Shown piece after piece: positions 48,285 through 57,711 of a DNA stretch of 64,000 bases. Made by a program: the position numbers and the translations under genes. The notes beneath the pieces are model-generated. The model was not told where the DNA came from, ran no database searches, and was given only the letters and a program-made list of their open reading frames with translations. The stretch's first letter is position 1. Every line of letters begins with the position of its first letter. The stretch covers positions 1,920,001 to 1,984,000 of the forward strand of contig OZ240245.1 in the NCBI GenBank assembly GCA_965198175.1. Reading direction: 5' to 3'. The DNA comes from Candidatus Poribacteria bacterium. GTDB lineage: Bacteria; Poribacteria; WGA-4E; PCPOR2b.

Positions 48285-49004
48285 CTAATTTAACTTCGCT
48301 TTTAACCTTCGCAGTGCGATAAAGGCGGCTTCATAATCTGGCATTTCGTACAAGGCGCGTTTGTAGCTTGCTACGGCTTTATCCCATTCCAACCGATGTT
48401 CCCAGACGCGCCCAAGGTTCATGTGAGGATATCCCCGCGGTTCATATCGGGGCGCGCGGGTCGCCTGCTCTAGCCAAGGAATAGCGGCATCGTATTCGCC
48501 CATTTCAATCAAATATGCGCCGATGTCGTTGTATGGGTTGCCGAAATCCGGATCAGCCCGAATGGCTTTTCGACACTCCTCAATAGCATCTTCGACGCGC
48601 CCCATCATGCTATAGGTCCATCCGAGATAGGTGTGTGCCTCAGCAGTCGGGTAAATTTCAATGGATTTTAGATACAACCCGATGGCATCGGAAAATTCGC
48701 TCTTCTGTTGATGCTCCAAAGCGTCCTGCCAGTAGAACAACGCCTGTTCTTTTTTATAAACAATTTCATCGTCGTATATGTTGAGTCTATCGCCATCTCT
48801 CTTAACAGTGTAGACTCGGTCGTTATCTTTGTCGACGATCAGCCATTCACTATCTTCCTTTTCAAGCGAAACCTTGACATTCCTAGAGAGAACGATCTTA
48901 TTCCTTTTGAATGCTTGGCGTAGCTCGTCCGGGAGCGTCCCACGGTTCAAATCGGTTTGGCACCTCAATTCGACATCAAACAGCAACATCTCATCCGCGT
49001 CCAC
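48285..49004 (-). CDS. TPR protein with an N-terminal uncharacterised domain
   Basis: TPRs 'AEAHTYLGWTY', 'GNPYNDIGAYL', 'PHMNLGRVW'; distinct N-terminal module of about 75 aa. Confidence 0.82.
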   Translation of the reverse strand: MDADEMLLFDVELRCQTDLNRGTLPDELRQAFKRNKIVLSRNVKVSLEKEDSEWLIVDKDNDRVYTVKRDGDRLNIYDDEIVYKKEQALFYWQDALEHQQKSEFSDAIGLYLKSIEIYPTAEAHTYLGWTYSMMGRVEDAIEECRKAIRADPDFGNPYNDIGAYLIEMGEYDAAIPWLEQATRAPRYEPRGYPHMNLGRVWEHRLEWDKAVASYKRALYEMPDYEAAFIALRRLKAKLN

Positions 49005-49088
49005 AATTCGTACTCCTTTCTAAGCAGTGTGATGCCATAAAACCAAACAATGCACTTTCGCAGGCGAAGGTCCCATGTTGCCCTAAGA

Positions 49089-49113
49089 GGGCAGCCACAA
49101 GGGTTGCCCCTAC
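49089..49113 (-). repeat. GTAG-type REP-like palindrome (second family)
   Basis: Minus strand GTAGGGGCAACCCTTGTGGCTGCCC. Confidence 0.65.
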
Positions 49114-49221
49114 CGGCCGCTGCAAACCTTCTCCCTCTTGCCAAGAGGGAGCGAGAGGGAGGTCTCTTCATGTACCCATTCGCATGCACATCGCTCCACC
49201 CCTGTCTTCAGTTCCCTAACC

Positions 49222-51297
49222 TCAGTCCAACTGATTTTCCAATTCCACGAGATCTGTCGTAGGCGCTTTACAGGCGTAATTCTCACATACATAGACGGTC
49301 GTTTCGCCGTTGATTTGCCGCTTGCTTTCAAGGAGTGGAACGAAAGCCTCAGTCTCCTGAGCCGCCTCAGCGGTTTCATCCAACAACGCCATGACCTTTT
49401 GAGGGATAAAACGGCTGTGAATGGTATGCAACGCTGTTTTCGTCTCCTCGTTGTTCGGTTGCCCGGCAATTGCAATCTCTTTGGGGGTCGATAGTAGAAA
49501 ATCGAGTTCGCACAGCAGTTGAGCCGAACCGCTTGGTGCCGATTCCATCTGGTGCGAATAGAGTCCCAACGCCGCTTGCGCCTTTTCACTCAAATCGGGT
49601 TGATTGAGTAACTTCGCAAGCCGAAGTAGACTGTGGACAGCGATTGAGGTGCCGGAAGGCGTAGCGCCATCGTATGCCGATTTCGATCGGACGATCAGCG
49701 ATTCGTGACCTTTGCTGGTGAAGAAGAAACCACCCTTCGCATCATCCCAGAACTGTTCAATCATCATCTCGTTGAGGCGTTGGGCGTCCTTGAGCCAGTG
49801 AAGATTGAAAGTTGCTTCGTAGAGATTGATTAAGCCGGCGATGAAATACGAGTAATCTTCAAGATAAGCGTTCAGATGGCTTTTACCGGCGCGATGGGTT
49901 CGCAGCAGCCCGTCATCATGTGAAAGTGCGGTCAACACAAAATTGGCTGACGCTTCCGCAGCTTCCAGATAGCGGCTGTGTCCAAGAATCTGGTATCCTG
50001 ATGCCATACTCCGAACCATCAAGCCGTTCCAGCTTGTGAGGATTTTGTCGTCCAAACCGGGCTTCACACGCTGTTCGCGGACTTCAAACAGTTTCCGCTT
50101 CCCTTCAGCGAGAATCGTCTCCAACGCACTCAAATCAATTCCCAGTTTCCTTGCGAAGACGTCCGGCGGGGTCTGGACGTGAAGGATGTTCTTTCCTTCA
50201 AAATTGCCCGATTCCGTAATATCATAATACTCACAGAAAATCCTCGCGTGCTCCGCCCCAAGTAAATCTTTAATTTCATCAATCGTCCAAACGAAGAATT
50301 TGCCTTCGACGCCTTCGCTGTCCGCATCTTGTGACGAGTAAAACCCACCCGTCTCTGGGTTGTACATCTCGCGCAAAACGTAGTCGAGCGTCTCTTCAGC
50401 GATACTGCGATAAAACGCCTCCCCGGTTGCCTGATATGTTTCCAGATAGGTTGTCGCTAGCAACGCATTGTCGTAGAGCATCTTCTCGAAGTGCGGGACG
50501 AGCCAAGTCGCGTCGGTCGAATAGCGATGGAACCCCCCGCCGATCTGATCGTACATTCCACCCCGCGCCATTTTTTGCAGCGTTAATTCGACCATCTCAA
50601 GCGCGTTCGGATTTCTAGTGCGATGCCAGTGACGCAGGAGGAGGGAGAGCCCCATGCTCGGCGGGAACTTAGGCGCACTCCCAAATCCGCCGGATTGAGA
50701 GTCAAATCGTGAGCGGTAATCCTGATAAGCGTGATTGAACACATCGGCGTCTAAGTGCTGATCACCGGCTTCCGTCTCCGATAGTTGATTCAAGCCGGCT
50801 GTGATCCGATTGGCTTGTTCTACCACACTTTCATGGCGTTCACGATAAGCCTCAACGACTCCAAGCAGCACACGCGCAAAACCCGGACGACCGTAACGAT
50901 CATCTGGAGGGAAGTAGGTGCCGCCGTAAAACGGTTTCAGGTCTGGCGCAAGAAACATGGTCATCGGCCAGCCTCCAGAGCCCGTGAGCATCTGAACAGC
51001 GTTCATGTAGATTTCATCGAGATCTGGACGCTCCTCGCGGTCTACCTTGATGTTAATGAAATGTTCGTTCATGACCGCAGCGATTTGCTCGTTCTCAAAG
51101 GATTCGTGCTCCATCACGTGGCACCAATGACATGCAGCATAACCAATGCTCAAAAGAATCGGCTTATCTTCGCGCCTAGCACGTTCCAATGCCTCCTCGC
51201 CCCACGGATACCAATTGACTGGATTGTGAGCGTGCTGCAGGAGGTACAGACTCGTCTCGTTAATAAGTCGGTTTGTATGTTTTGGGTTTTCAGACAT
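49222..51297 (-). CDS. Thioredoxin-domain protein, YyaL/DUF255 family
   Basis: 'NRL-x-x-ETS-x-YLLQHA-x-NPV-x-W', 'CHWCHVM-x-x-ESFE', '[25 protein letters not shown]'. Confidence 0.93.
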   Translation of the reverse strand: MSENPKHTNRLINETSLYLLQHAHNPVNWYPWGEEALERARREDKPILLSIGYAACHWCHVMEHESFENEQIAAVMNEHFINIKVDREERPDLDEIYMNAVQMLTGSGGWPMTMFLAPDLKPFYGGTYFPPDDRYGRPGFARVLLGVVEAYRERHESVVEQANRITAGLNQLSETEAGDQHLDADVFNHAYQDYRSRFDSQSGGFGSAPKFPPSMGLSLLLRHWHRTRNPNALEMVELTLQKMARGGMYDQIGGGFHRYSTDATWLVPHFEKMLYDNALLATTYLETYQATGEAFYRSIAEETLDYVLREMYNPETGGFYSSQDADSEGVEGKFFVWTIDEIKDLLGAEHARIFCEYYDITESGNFEGKNILHVQTPPDVFARKLGIDLSALETILAEGKRKLFEVREQRVKPGLDDKILTSWNGLMVRSMASGYQILGHSRYLEAAEASANFVLTALSHDDGLLRTHRAGKSHLNAYLEDYSYFIAGLINLYEATFNLHWLKDAQRLNEMMIEQFWDDAKGGFFFTSKGHESLIVRSKSAYDGATPSGTSIAVHSLLRLAKLLNQPDLSEKAQAALGLYSHQMESAPSGSAQLLCELDFLLSTPKEIAIAGQPNNEETKTALHTIHSRFIPQKVMALLDETAEAAQETEAFVPLLESKRQINGETTVYVCENYACKAPTTDLVELENQLD

Positions 51298-52267
51298 TCA
51301 TATCCCTTTCTGAGGGTGTGGAGATGGCATCCCCACCGCTACCGGTTTTTAGGACGACATAGCTCCGATATCGAACTGGGCTGATGTCGCCCGTATTTAC
51401 AGCCTCGGTTACCGTGCAACCGGGCTCATGAAGATGGATGCAATCGTTGTATTTGCATTCGCCAAGGTAGGGATCCATTTCCGGAAAATAGCGGTCGAGA
51501 TTTACAGTATCAACCCCCCACAAGCCGACCTCTCGAATGCCCGGCGTGTCTGCCACTTCGCCGCCAATCTCCAAGGAAAAGAGTTCAACCAACGTCGTGG
51601 TGTGGCGTCCTTTGCCCGTTTTCAACCCGATTTCACCAACGCGCAGACCGAGTTCCGGTTGCACCGCGTTGAGAAGACTCGACTTCCCCACCCCCGACGC
51701 CCCGACAATGACACTGAACTTCCCTGTGAGTACACCTTGAAGATAATCAATACCCTTTACAGCCTTGACGCTAGTGTAGATTACCTGATAGCCGAGCTGG
51801 TCGTAGACATTCAGCATAGAGGTCACCTTTCGTTGTTCCACTGAATCAATGAGATCCATTTTGTTCAGACAGACCACTGCGTCCATCTCCCCTGCTCCGG
51901 CTAAGATAAGGAATCGATCAAGAAATCGGAAGTTAAGATCGGGTAACCGGGTTGAAACAACAGCCACCACCTGATCGGCGTTGGCGACAACGATCTGCTC
52001 AATTGTCTCACGCTTGCCGGGGTATCGGCGCGAGAGTTTTGTCCGACGTGGCAGAATCTCTTCGATGACGCCCCCTTCATCATCGAGCCGAGTAATCAAC
52101 ACTTCATCGCCGACCGCGACAGGGTCAGCGTAGATTTGCTTGCCTTCGTCCGATCGACGTTCGCGCTTCACACGCCCACGCAGGGTACAACGAAGTACGC
52201 TATCGCCAAGCTGCACATCGTAAAAACTTGTTCGGGCGCGAATAACTCTTCCTTGATTTCGGTCCAT
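51290..52267 (-). CDS. rsgA: Ribosome small subunit-dependent GTPase A
   Basis: Permuted G motifs NKMD / GASGVGKSS / GRHTTT / DTPG; C-terminal Zn site [14 protein letters not shown]. Confidence 0.95.
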   Translation of the reverse strand: MDRNQGRVIRARTSFYDVQLGDSVLRCTLRGRVKRERRSDEGKQIYADPVAVGDEVLITRLDDEGGVIEEILPRRTKLSRRYPGKRETIEQIVVANADQVVAVVSTRLPDLNFRFLDRFLILAGAGEMDAVVCLNKMDLIDSVEQRKVTSMLNVYDQLGYQVIYTSVKAVKGIDYLQGVLTGKFSVIVGASGVGKSSLLNAVQPELGLRVGEIGLKTGKGRHTTTLVELFSLEIGGEVADTPGIREVGLWGVDTVNLDRYFPEMDPYLGECKYNDCIHLHEPGCTVTEAVNTGDISPVRYRSYVVLKTGSGGDAISTPSERDMNV

Positions 52268-52303
52268 ATAAAACCTTGTTGACTTAACGCTTATGTCTCC
52301 CAA

Positions 52304-52702
52304 TTAACACAGGAGTTGGAGTGAACGCTTGGAGGGCTTCCAGGTGATTGCCCAATGTAAGACAGTGTCGATAAACGAAATCAGGAGAGCGGCAATGATT
52401 GTGTTAAAAAAGCCTTTAACCTCGAACCCTTCAATCAGCATCGCTGTAATCCAAAGGAGAAAAGCGTTAATAACAAAATAGAATAGCCCCAGCGTCAGAA
52501 TAACCAACGGCAGAGCGAGGATAACAAAAATCCTGGTGAACATCGTTTTCAGTATACCGTAAACTAGCGCAACAACGATTGCAGTTGCGAAGTTCTTGAC
52601 ATGGATTGACGTTAAGATATGCGTTGCAACAAAGACTGATGCGCTGAGGATTAGGAGTTCGATTAGCCAGTGAACTGTGCGGCTCCGGTCAGTCAATCTC
52701 AA
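52304..52702 (-). CDS. Phage-holin-like 4-TM membrane protein (YvlD/DUF360)
   Basis: 'LALPLVILTLGLFYFVINAFLLW', 'GFEVKGF'. Confidence 0.85.
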   Translation of the reverse strand: MRLTDRSRTVHWLIELLILSASVFVATHILTSIHVKNFATAIVVALVYGILKTMFTRIFVILALPLVILTLGLFYFVINAFLLWITAMLIEGFEVKGFFNTIIAALLISFIDTVLHWAITWKPSKRSLQLLC

Positions 52703-52744
52703 TTTTTCCTTTTACGGACAAAATGGTGTCGTTCTAGGTATTCC

Positions 52745-53548
52745 TTACTTCCCGAACCGCCGCTGCCGTTGGCTATAGTCCCGAATCGCGCGGAGAAGGT
52801 CAATCTTTCTAAAAGACGGCCAATACGTATCGCAGAAGTAGTATTCTGAATACACGCTTTGCCAAAGCAAGAAGCCTGAGAGTCGGACCTCTCCGCTGGT
52901 TCGGATAATCAAATCTGGATCCGGCAAATCGGACGTGTAGAGATGCGGGCTAATCTTATCGACACTTAGCTCTTCTGTGATTTGGGCGGGTTCACGCCCT
53001 TTCGCGAGTTCCGATCTTAAGTGGCTGCGGACCGCTTCGACAATCTCTTCACGCCCACCATAAGCAACAGCCACGTTCAGAATAAATCTGTCGTAATTTT
53101 TTGTTGCGCTCTCTGCAGCGTGAATCGCCTCTTGGAGGCTCTGCGGCAGCAGTTCGACTTTTCCCATCGATCGAATTTTTATCTGGTTGGTGTGCAGCCC
53201 TTCAATAGTCACAACTTCCCGCATCTTCTTCTCTATGAGATCCAAAATTTCTGTGACTTCGGACTGTTCGCGCCTGAAATTGTCGAGGGAGAAGATCCAG
53301 ATTGAGACAATCTTTACACCCAACTCATCACACCAATGGAGCATTTCTTCCAGTTTTTGGGCGCCGTCATAATGCCCTTTGATGGCATCAATGAAGCCCT
53401 GCTTCTTAGCATAGCGGCGATTACCATCGAGGATAATGCCAATATGGTGGGGGATGTGCCACTGACTGGCTTTCTGCTCAAGGCGTTTTTGGTAAACCGC
53501 ATAGAAGAATTTCTTGAGAGGATTCTTGATAATCTGCAATGGGCGCAT
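52745..53548 (-). CDS. uppS: cis-prenyltransferase (polyprenyl diphosphate synthase)
   Basis: 'HIGIILDGNRRYA', 'FSLDNF-x-R', 'YGGREEI', 'PDLIIRTSGEVRLSGFLLWQ'. Confidence 0.9.
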   Translation of the reverse strand: MRPLQIIKNPLKKFFYAVYQKRLEQKASQWHIPHHIGIILDGNRRYAKKQGFIDAIKGHYDGAQKLEEMLHWCDELGVKIVSIWIFSLDNFRREQSEVTEILDLIEKKMREVVTIEGLHTNQIKIRSMGKVELLPQSLQEAIHAAESATKNYDRFILNVAVAYGGREEIVEAVRSHLRSELAKGREPAQITEELSVDKISPHLYTSDLPDPDLIIRTSGEVRLSGFLLWQSVYSEYYFCDTYWPSFRKIDLLRAIRDYSQRQRRFGK

Positions 53549-53987
53549 GATGAAGACCTCGAAAAATCAGTTCATCTTGATTATACCATACAACACAACG
53601 TGAGAAAAAGCCAAAACCTTCGATGCTGTCCAGTCTAATAATGGTATGACCCTCTTTCTGAAGCTGTGCTAAGACAATTAGGACGAATTGGCATAATCCG
53701 TGCGCCAGATGCTCTTTACAAAAGACACTTTTTTTGCGCACCTGTTGCGTTTTACTTTCCGTTTGAAGTTAAACATGGTAAAATTATGGGGTCAAGTAAA
53801 GCATCAGAATCTGCGAAGATAATCTTTCGCAGCGCTTGCGTCGGGTTGCACGGATTTCGGAAAAGTATAGCCGGCTGAGTACCAGAAGATGCATTGAGAA
53901 GCCCCGATAATCCGAGCTAAACCCCTTCGACAGATATTTTCAAAACCAATCTGACGCTGTCCTAAAGTTTGGAAAGGAAACAGGTTC

Positions 53988-55148
53988 ATGCCTGACGTTG
54001 TTGTTGGACATATCGAAGACCTAGAAAGCCTTGAGCCTGTATTTTCTGAATTTGAACGACATCACCCCGGCTTCAAGATAGGGTGCGGACATTTCGATAG
54101 CGATGATGGGCAGCTTGTTGCGGAATACGGCGGCGTCCGATATATCTGGATTGATCGGGGCGAGGGCGAGGTCTTTCTGGATTCAGGCTATCGGACACAA
54201 GAAGGGGATGGCGAGAGCTTGCCCCCGATTTACGAATCGGATCAATGCGATAACGAGAATTGGTCAATCTTGCAAACATTGGCAGAGAATCTCGACACAC
54301 TCCATGAAAGGATTAGACCGCCCATCGAGGCGATTTTGGATCGGATATCAGAACGAACATTGGTCGGCGACATCGCCAACGAGATTTGGTTGATGGAGGA
54401 AAGCGAGGTTCCTCGCGAAAAAAGGGCGAACCGCCCGAAGGTGCGCCGTACCTTTGACCTTCTGTTGGAAAACTATTCTACTGTGGGTTGGTCTACGAAA
54501 CAGATGAGTTCTTTTGAATCGATCCAAGTTGGCGACCAGCTCGCCGCACTGGATGATGAACCGGTTCGGGTGCGTGGAAAATTTTATTATTGGTGGATTG
54601 AGAACACGAATATCTTCATGACGCACCTGACAACGGCTCGTCGTTTGCGCTATCTGCGAGATACGGCTGGCGGTTGCAATTCTGAATCTGACTCTTTTCG
54701 ACGCTTAACGATGACATGGCATTGCAACACAGCGACTGCAGATGAGGCTGACGGCATCAATACGGTTAATAGTCATGTTGTTAATATTGCTGCCCAATCC
54801 TCGCGGACCCACTATCACCCGGCGATTCCGGTCGGCGGCGGAAAGCCGCAGTACGAGATCTACTTGGTGCTCAGCCCAAGCGTGTATTCGCTGAACGCAG
54901 ATGGGCGCGAGGGCTACCTAAATGTCTTCCCCGACATTTCAAATCTCACGGTTTACCAGCAGATACCTCTCAGCCCAGGAGCTATCGTCTATATTCCGCC
55001 GGATACCGGGCATCGCGCTGTAGATGCCTTTGTCAACGTCGTAACTCTGCCCGGCTTCAAGCCGCACAATGAGATTGATTTAGATGCACAAATTAAGGAG
55101 ACAACCAACGGGAGTGCTCCCTACAATGTGCACCTTCTCCACCGATAA
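53988..55148 (+). CDS. Hypothetical protein with a cupin-like C-terminal domain
   Basis: 'THYHP...YEIYLV' and 'LSPGAIVYIPPDTGHRA' match cupin motifs 1 and 2. Confidence 0.6.
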   Translation: MPDVVVGHIEDLESLEPVFSEFERHHPGFKIGCGHFDSDDGQLVAEYGGVRYIWIDRGEGEVFLDSGYRTQEGDGESLPPIYESDQCDNENWSILQTLAENLDTLHERIRPPIEAILDRISERTLVGDIANEIWLMEESEVPREKRANRPKVRRTFDLLLENYSTVGWSTKQMSSFESIQVGDQLAALDDEPVRVRGKFYYWWIENTNIFMTHLTTARRLRYLRDTAGGCNSESDSFRRLTMTWHCNTATADEADGINTVNSHVVNIAAQSSRTHYHPAIPVGGGKPQYEIYLVLSPSVYSLNADGREGYLNVFPDISNLTVYQQIPLSPGAIVYIPPDTGHRAVDAFVNVVTLPGFKPHNEIDLDAQIKETTNGSAPYNVHLLHR

Positions 55149-56233
55149 AGAGCCTGTTTGAAAAGTGGGTGGCAAAGCTATTTTTTTTGGTCGTTTGAGA
55201 GTCCAAATCATCGAATTTTCAAGGTATTTACCCCAAAATGGCCTCTGTTCTGTTGGATAACCCTCTGTTGTGCTAAAGCCTGCGCCGATTTAACGGCTAT
55301 GGGGCGAGCCCTCCCACCGCTTTTCTGAGCGTATTGCACCACTGGTAAAAATTGTGGAGAATGCCCGATATTCGGAGAAACTAATGATGGATGAGAAGAT
55401 GCTCAAATATTACGAGAAGGGTGAAGAGGCAACTCGTCTCAGCGAGGGAATCCACCGTGTGGAGTTTGAAAGAACGAAGGAAGTCCTGCTCAGATACTTG
55501 CCGCCGCCACCAGCACAAGTTCTCGATGTCGGAGGTGGTCCAGGCGCTTATTCCTTCTGGCTGGCGGAAAAATCGTACACAGTGCATCTGATTGACATCG
55601 TCCCCCTCCATGTAGAGCAGGTGAAGACCGCAGAAGCTGGGGCGCTTCTTGCCAGTATTGGCCAGGGAGATGCCAGAAGACTTGATTTCGAATCTGACTC
55701 TATGGATGTGGTGCTTCTGCTCGGACCGCTCTATCATCTTCCAGATCGTTCGGATCGAATCCGGGCACTGGAGGAAACTTGTAGAGTCTTAAAAAGAGGT
55801 GGCTTGGTTTTCTGTGTTGCCGTTTCGCGGTTCGCATCTCTTCTTAGCGGCTTGAAGCGGGGTTTCTTATCCGATCCAGAGTTCCGTGAAATTGTCCAAA
55901 GAGATTTGAAAGATGGAAAACACCTCAATCCAAAGGAAGTCCCAGGTTATTTTACAACCGCATATTTTCACAGGCCAGAAGAGCTAGCAGAGGAACTCAA
56001 AGAAGCAGGACTTAGCCATTTGAGAACAATAGGGCTACAAGGGCCATCTTGGCTCTTGGGAGATTTTGACGAGCAGTGGGAGGACCTAGAACGGAAAAAG
56101 ATTATCCTTGAAGTGCTTCGCCTAATAGAAGATGAGGCAACGCTTCTCGGTATCAATGCACATCTTCTAGCACTCGGTAAGAAGGAATAAAGAACCGAAG
56201 CTATCTGATTCAAATGACTTTCAAACGAGCTCT
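55149..56233. mobile_element. Candidate non-autonomous element with IS5-like ends carrying a methyltransferase gene
   Basis: Left AGAGCCTGTTTGAAA (55149-55163) and right TTTCAAACGAGCTCT (56219-56233) are inverted repeats (13/15); no transposase inside. Confidence 0.45.
55384..56190 (+). CDS. Class I SAM-dependent methyltransferase
   Basis: 'VLDVGGGPG', 'GDARRL', 'DVVLLLGPLYHL', 'RVLKRGG'. Confidence 0.9.
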   Translation: MMDEKMLKYYEKGEEATRLSEGIHRVEFERTKEVLLRYLPPPPAQVLDVGGGPGAYSFWLAEKSYTVHLIDIVPLHVEQVKTAEAGALLASIGQGDARRLDFESDSMDVVLLLGPLYHLPDRSDRIRALEETCRVLKRGGLVFCVAVSRFASLLSGLKRGFLSDPEFREIVQRDLKDGKHLNPKEVPGYFTTAYFHRPEELAEELKEAGLSHLRTIGLQGPSWLLGDFDEQWEDLERKKIILEVLRLIEDEATLLGINAHLLALGKKE

Positions 56234-56244
56234 AAGGTGTAACA

Positions 56245-56469
56245 ATGGAAAAATGGTATATCAGCAAAACCGTTTTGAATGGACTCGCTATCATAATGCT
56301 CATCGGATTTCTGGCGTATGTTTTTCAACCATTTCCTCTTATTAAACGGTTCGGGCTTATCTTCTTCCTAACCGCGGGAACGTTGGTCATGGTTAGAGGC
56401 GTCGTAAAAATCACGATGGGGATGCAAAAGGGCGGCATATTTCCATTACGATCGAAAAAACGGGATTGA
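56245..56469 (+). CDS. Small two-TM membrane protein
   Basis: AAGGTG RBS; two hydrophobic segments. Confidence 0.55.
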   Translation: MEKWYISKTVLNGLAIIMLIGFLAYVFQPFPLIKRFGLIFFLTAGTLVMVRGVVKITMGMQKGGIFPLRSKKRD

Positions 56470-56529
56470 TTATCCGCATTCTAGACTACATCTCAGTCGG
56501 GTAGGCATAATCATTATCGGAGGCAAATC

Positions 56530-57492
56530 ATGATTGATAATCGAACGAGAGTTGGACTTGCTCGCAGGCAAAATCGACGCGAAAATGTCTTCACCGCGCT
56601 CGATCTGGTGCGCGACGATGTTATTCCAGAGCTGCGGAATCAGGTGATGTTGAAACCCAATTTCCTTTCAGGCGATAACCAGTTGGCGTCAACACACGTC
56701 GATGCCATCCGCGGTGCAATCGATTTTTTGCTAACCGCCGCAGATCCACCACAGGAGATTATTGTCGCAGAAGGAGGCAACGAAGAGGTACCGGGAGAGG
56801 CGTTCGATAACTTTGGTTATCACGCTTTAATTGACGAATATTCCATCCCAATTCGGTTAGTCGATCTCAATGGGGAGGAGAATTGGAAGGAGGCGTACAT
56901 CCTTCTCGCAGATGGCAGTGAAGTTCCTGTGTACATGCCCAAAACCGTGCTGGATTGCCCGTGCACAATCTCCGTCGGCGTTGCAAAAACGCACGATGTC
57001 TGTGTAGTTACACTTGCACTCAAAAATATGATTATGGGGACACTCCGCAAACAGGATCGCGTCAAGATGCACGGCTACCGCGGTCACGCAGATCGAGAAC
57101 TGCCCCGAGAGGCACAGACACTGAATATCAATCTCATGCGGTTGTCCCGATATCTGCGTCCCGACATCGCCGTTATCGACGGATTCGTTGGGTTACAAGG
57201 AAATGGCCCCAATGGAACCGATGCCGTTGATTTCGGGATTGCTGCCGCGAGTGCAGACGTGTTTGCTGCTGACGCCGTGATGGCGAAAGCGATGGGTTTT
57301 GAACCGTTGCAGCTTGGATTGATGCACTACGCCAATGAGATGGGCTATGGAACGGCTGATCTTGATAAGATTGACGTGTTGGGAACCCCCGTTGAATCAG
57401 TTATCACAACTTTCAAGCCGCATGAAACCGTACATCTCCAACTGCAATGGCATGAACCCCATGCGATGCGTTATTTGGCATATGATGTGTAA
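56530..57492 (+). CDS. DUF362 domain protein
   Basis: 'LKPNF', 'AEG', 'KTH-x-x-x-x-x-TLALKN', 'IDG-x-x-G-x-x-GNGP'. Confidence 0.88.
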   Translation: MIDNRTRVGLARRQNRRENVFTALDLVRDDVIPELRNQVMLKPNFLSGDNQLASTHVDAIRGAIDFLLTAADPPQEIIVAEGGNEEVPGEAFDNFGYHALIDEYSIPIRLVDLNGEENWKEAYILLADGSEVPVYMPKTVLDCPCTISVGVAKTHDVCVVTLALKNMIMGTLRKQDRVKMHGYRGHADRELPREAQTLNINLMRLSRYLRPDIAVIDGFVGLQGNGPNGTDAVDFGIAAASADVFAADAVMAKAMGFEPLQLGLMHYANEMGYGTADLDKIDVLGTPVESVITTFKPHETVHLQLQWHEPHAMRYLAYDV

Positions 57493-57507
57493 GTATGGCA
57501 ATCGCTT

Positions 57508-57641
57508 TTGACCACAATCATTACCATTTGCGCGTCTTGCGATGGTGGGCTGATAAAAACGACCTAAATTCGGTTCCGCAATCATTATTGTTCAGAATGC
57601 CCATCATCGAAACAGATTTCGATGGTGGGCGTTTTTATTTT
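57508..57641 (+). promoter_or_regulatory. Candidate leader-peptide transcription attenuator of ileS
   Basis: Mini-ORF (L/M)TTIITICASCDGGLIKTT* (57508-57567); terminator stem 57596-57633 with U-tail; CGATGGTGGGC (57540-57550) is identical to the terminator 3' arm and can act as an antiterminator. Confidence 0.55.
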
Positions 57642-57711
57642 CGATGAAATGTCTGTTAGCTTTCGGAAAAATTTAGATGTTCCCAAGGTTAGCGTTAGGG
57701 AGGAAGAGTGT

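Noticed and set aside
52304..52702. Holin-like gene as evidence of a prophage
   Set aside because: This family is a common chromosomal membrane protein, here between uppS and rsgA with no phage genes nearby.
57622..57711. N-terminal extension of IleRS in the ORF track
   Set aside because: That ATG lies within the terminator stem; ATG 57712 has a GGAGG RBS and a typical IleRS start.
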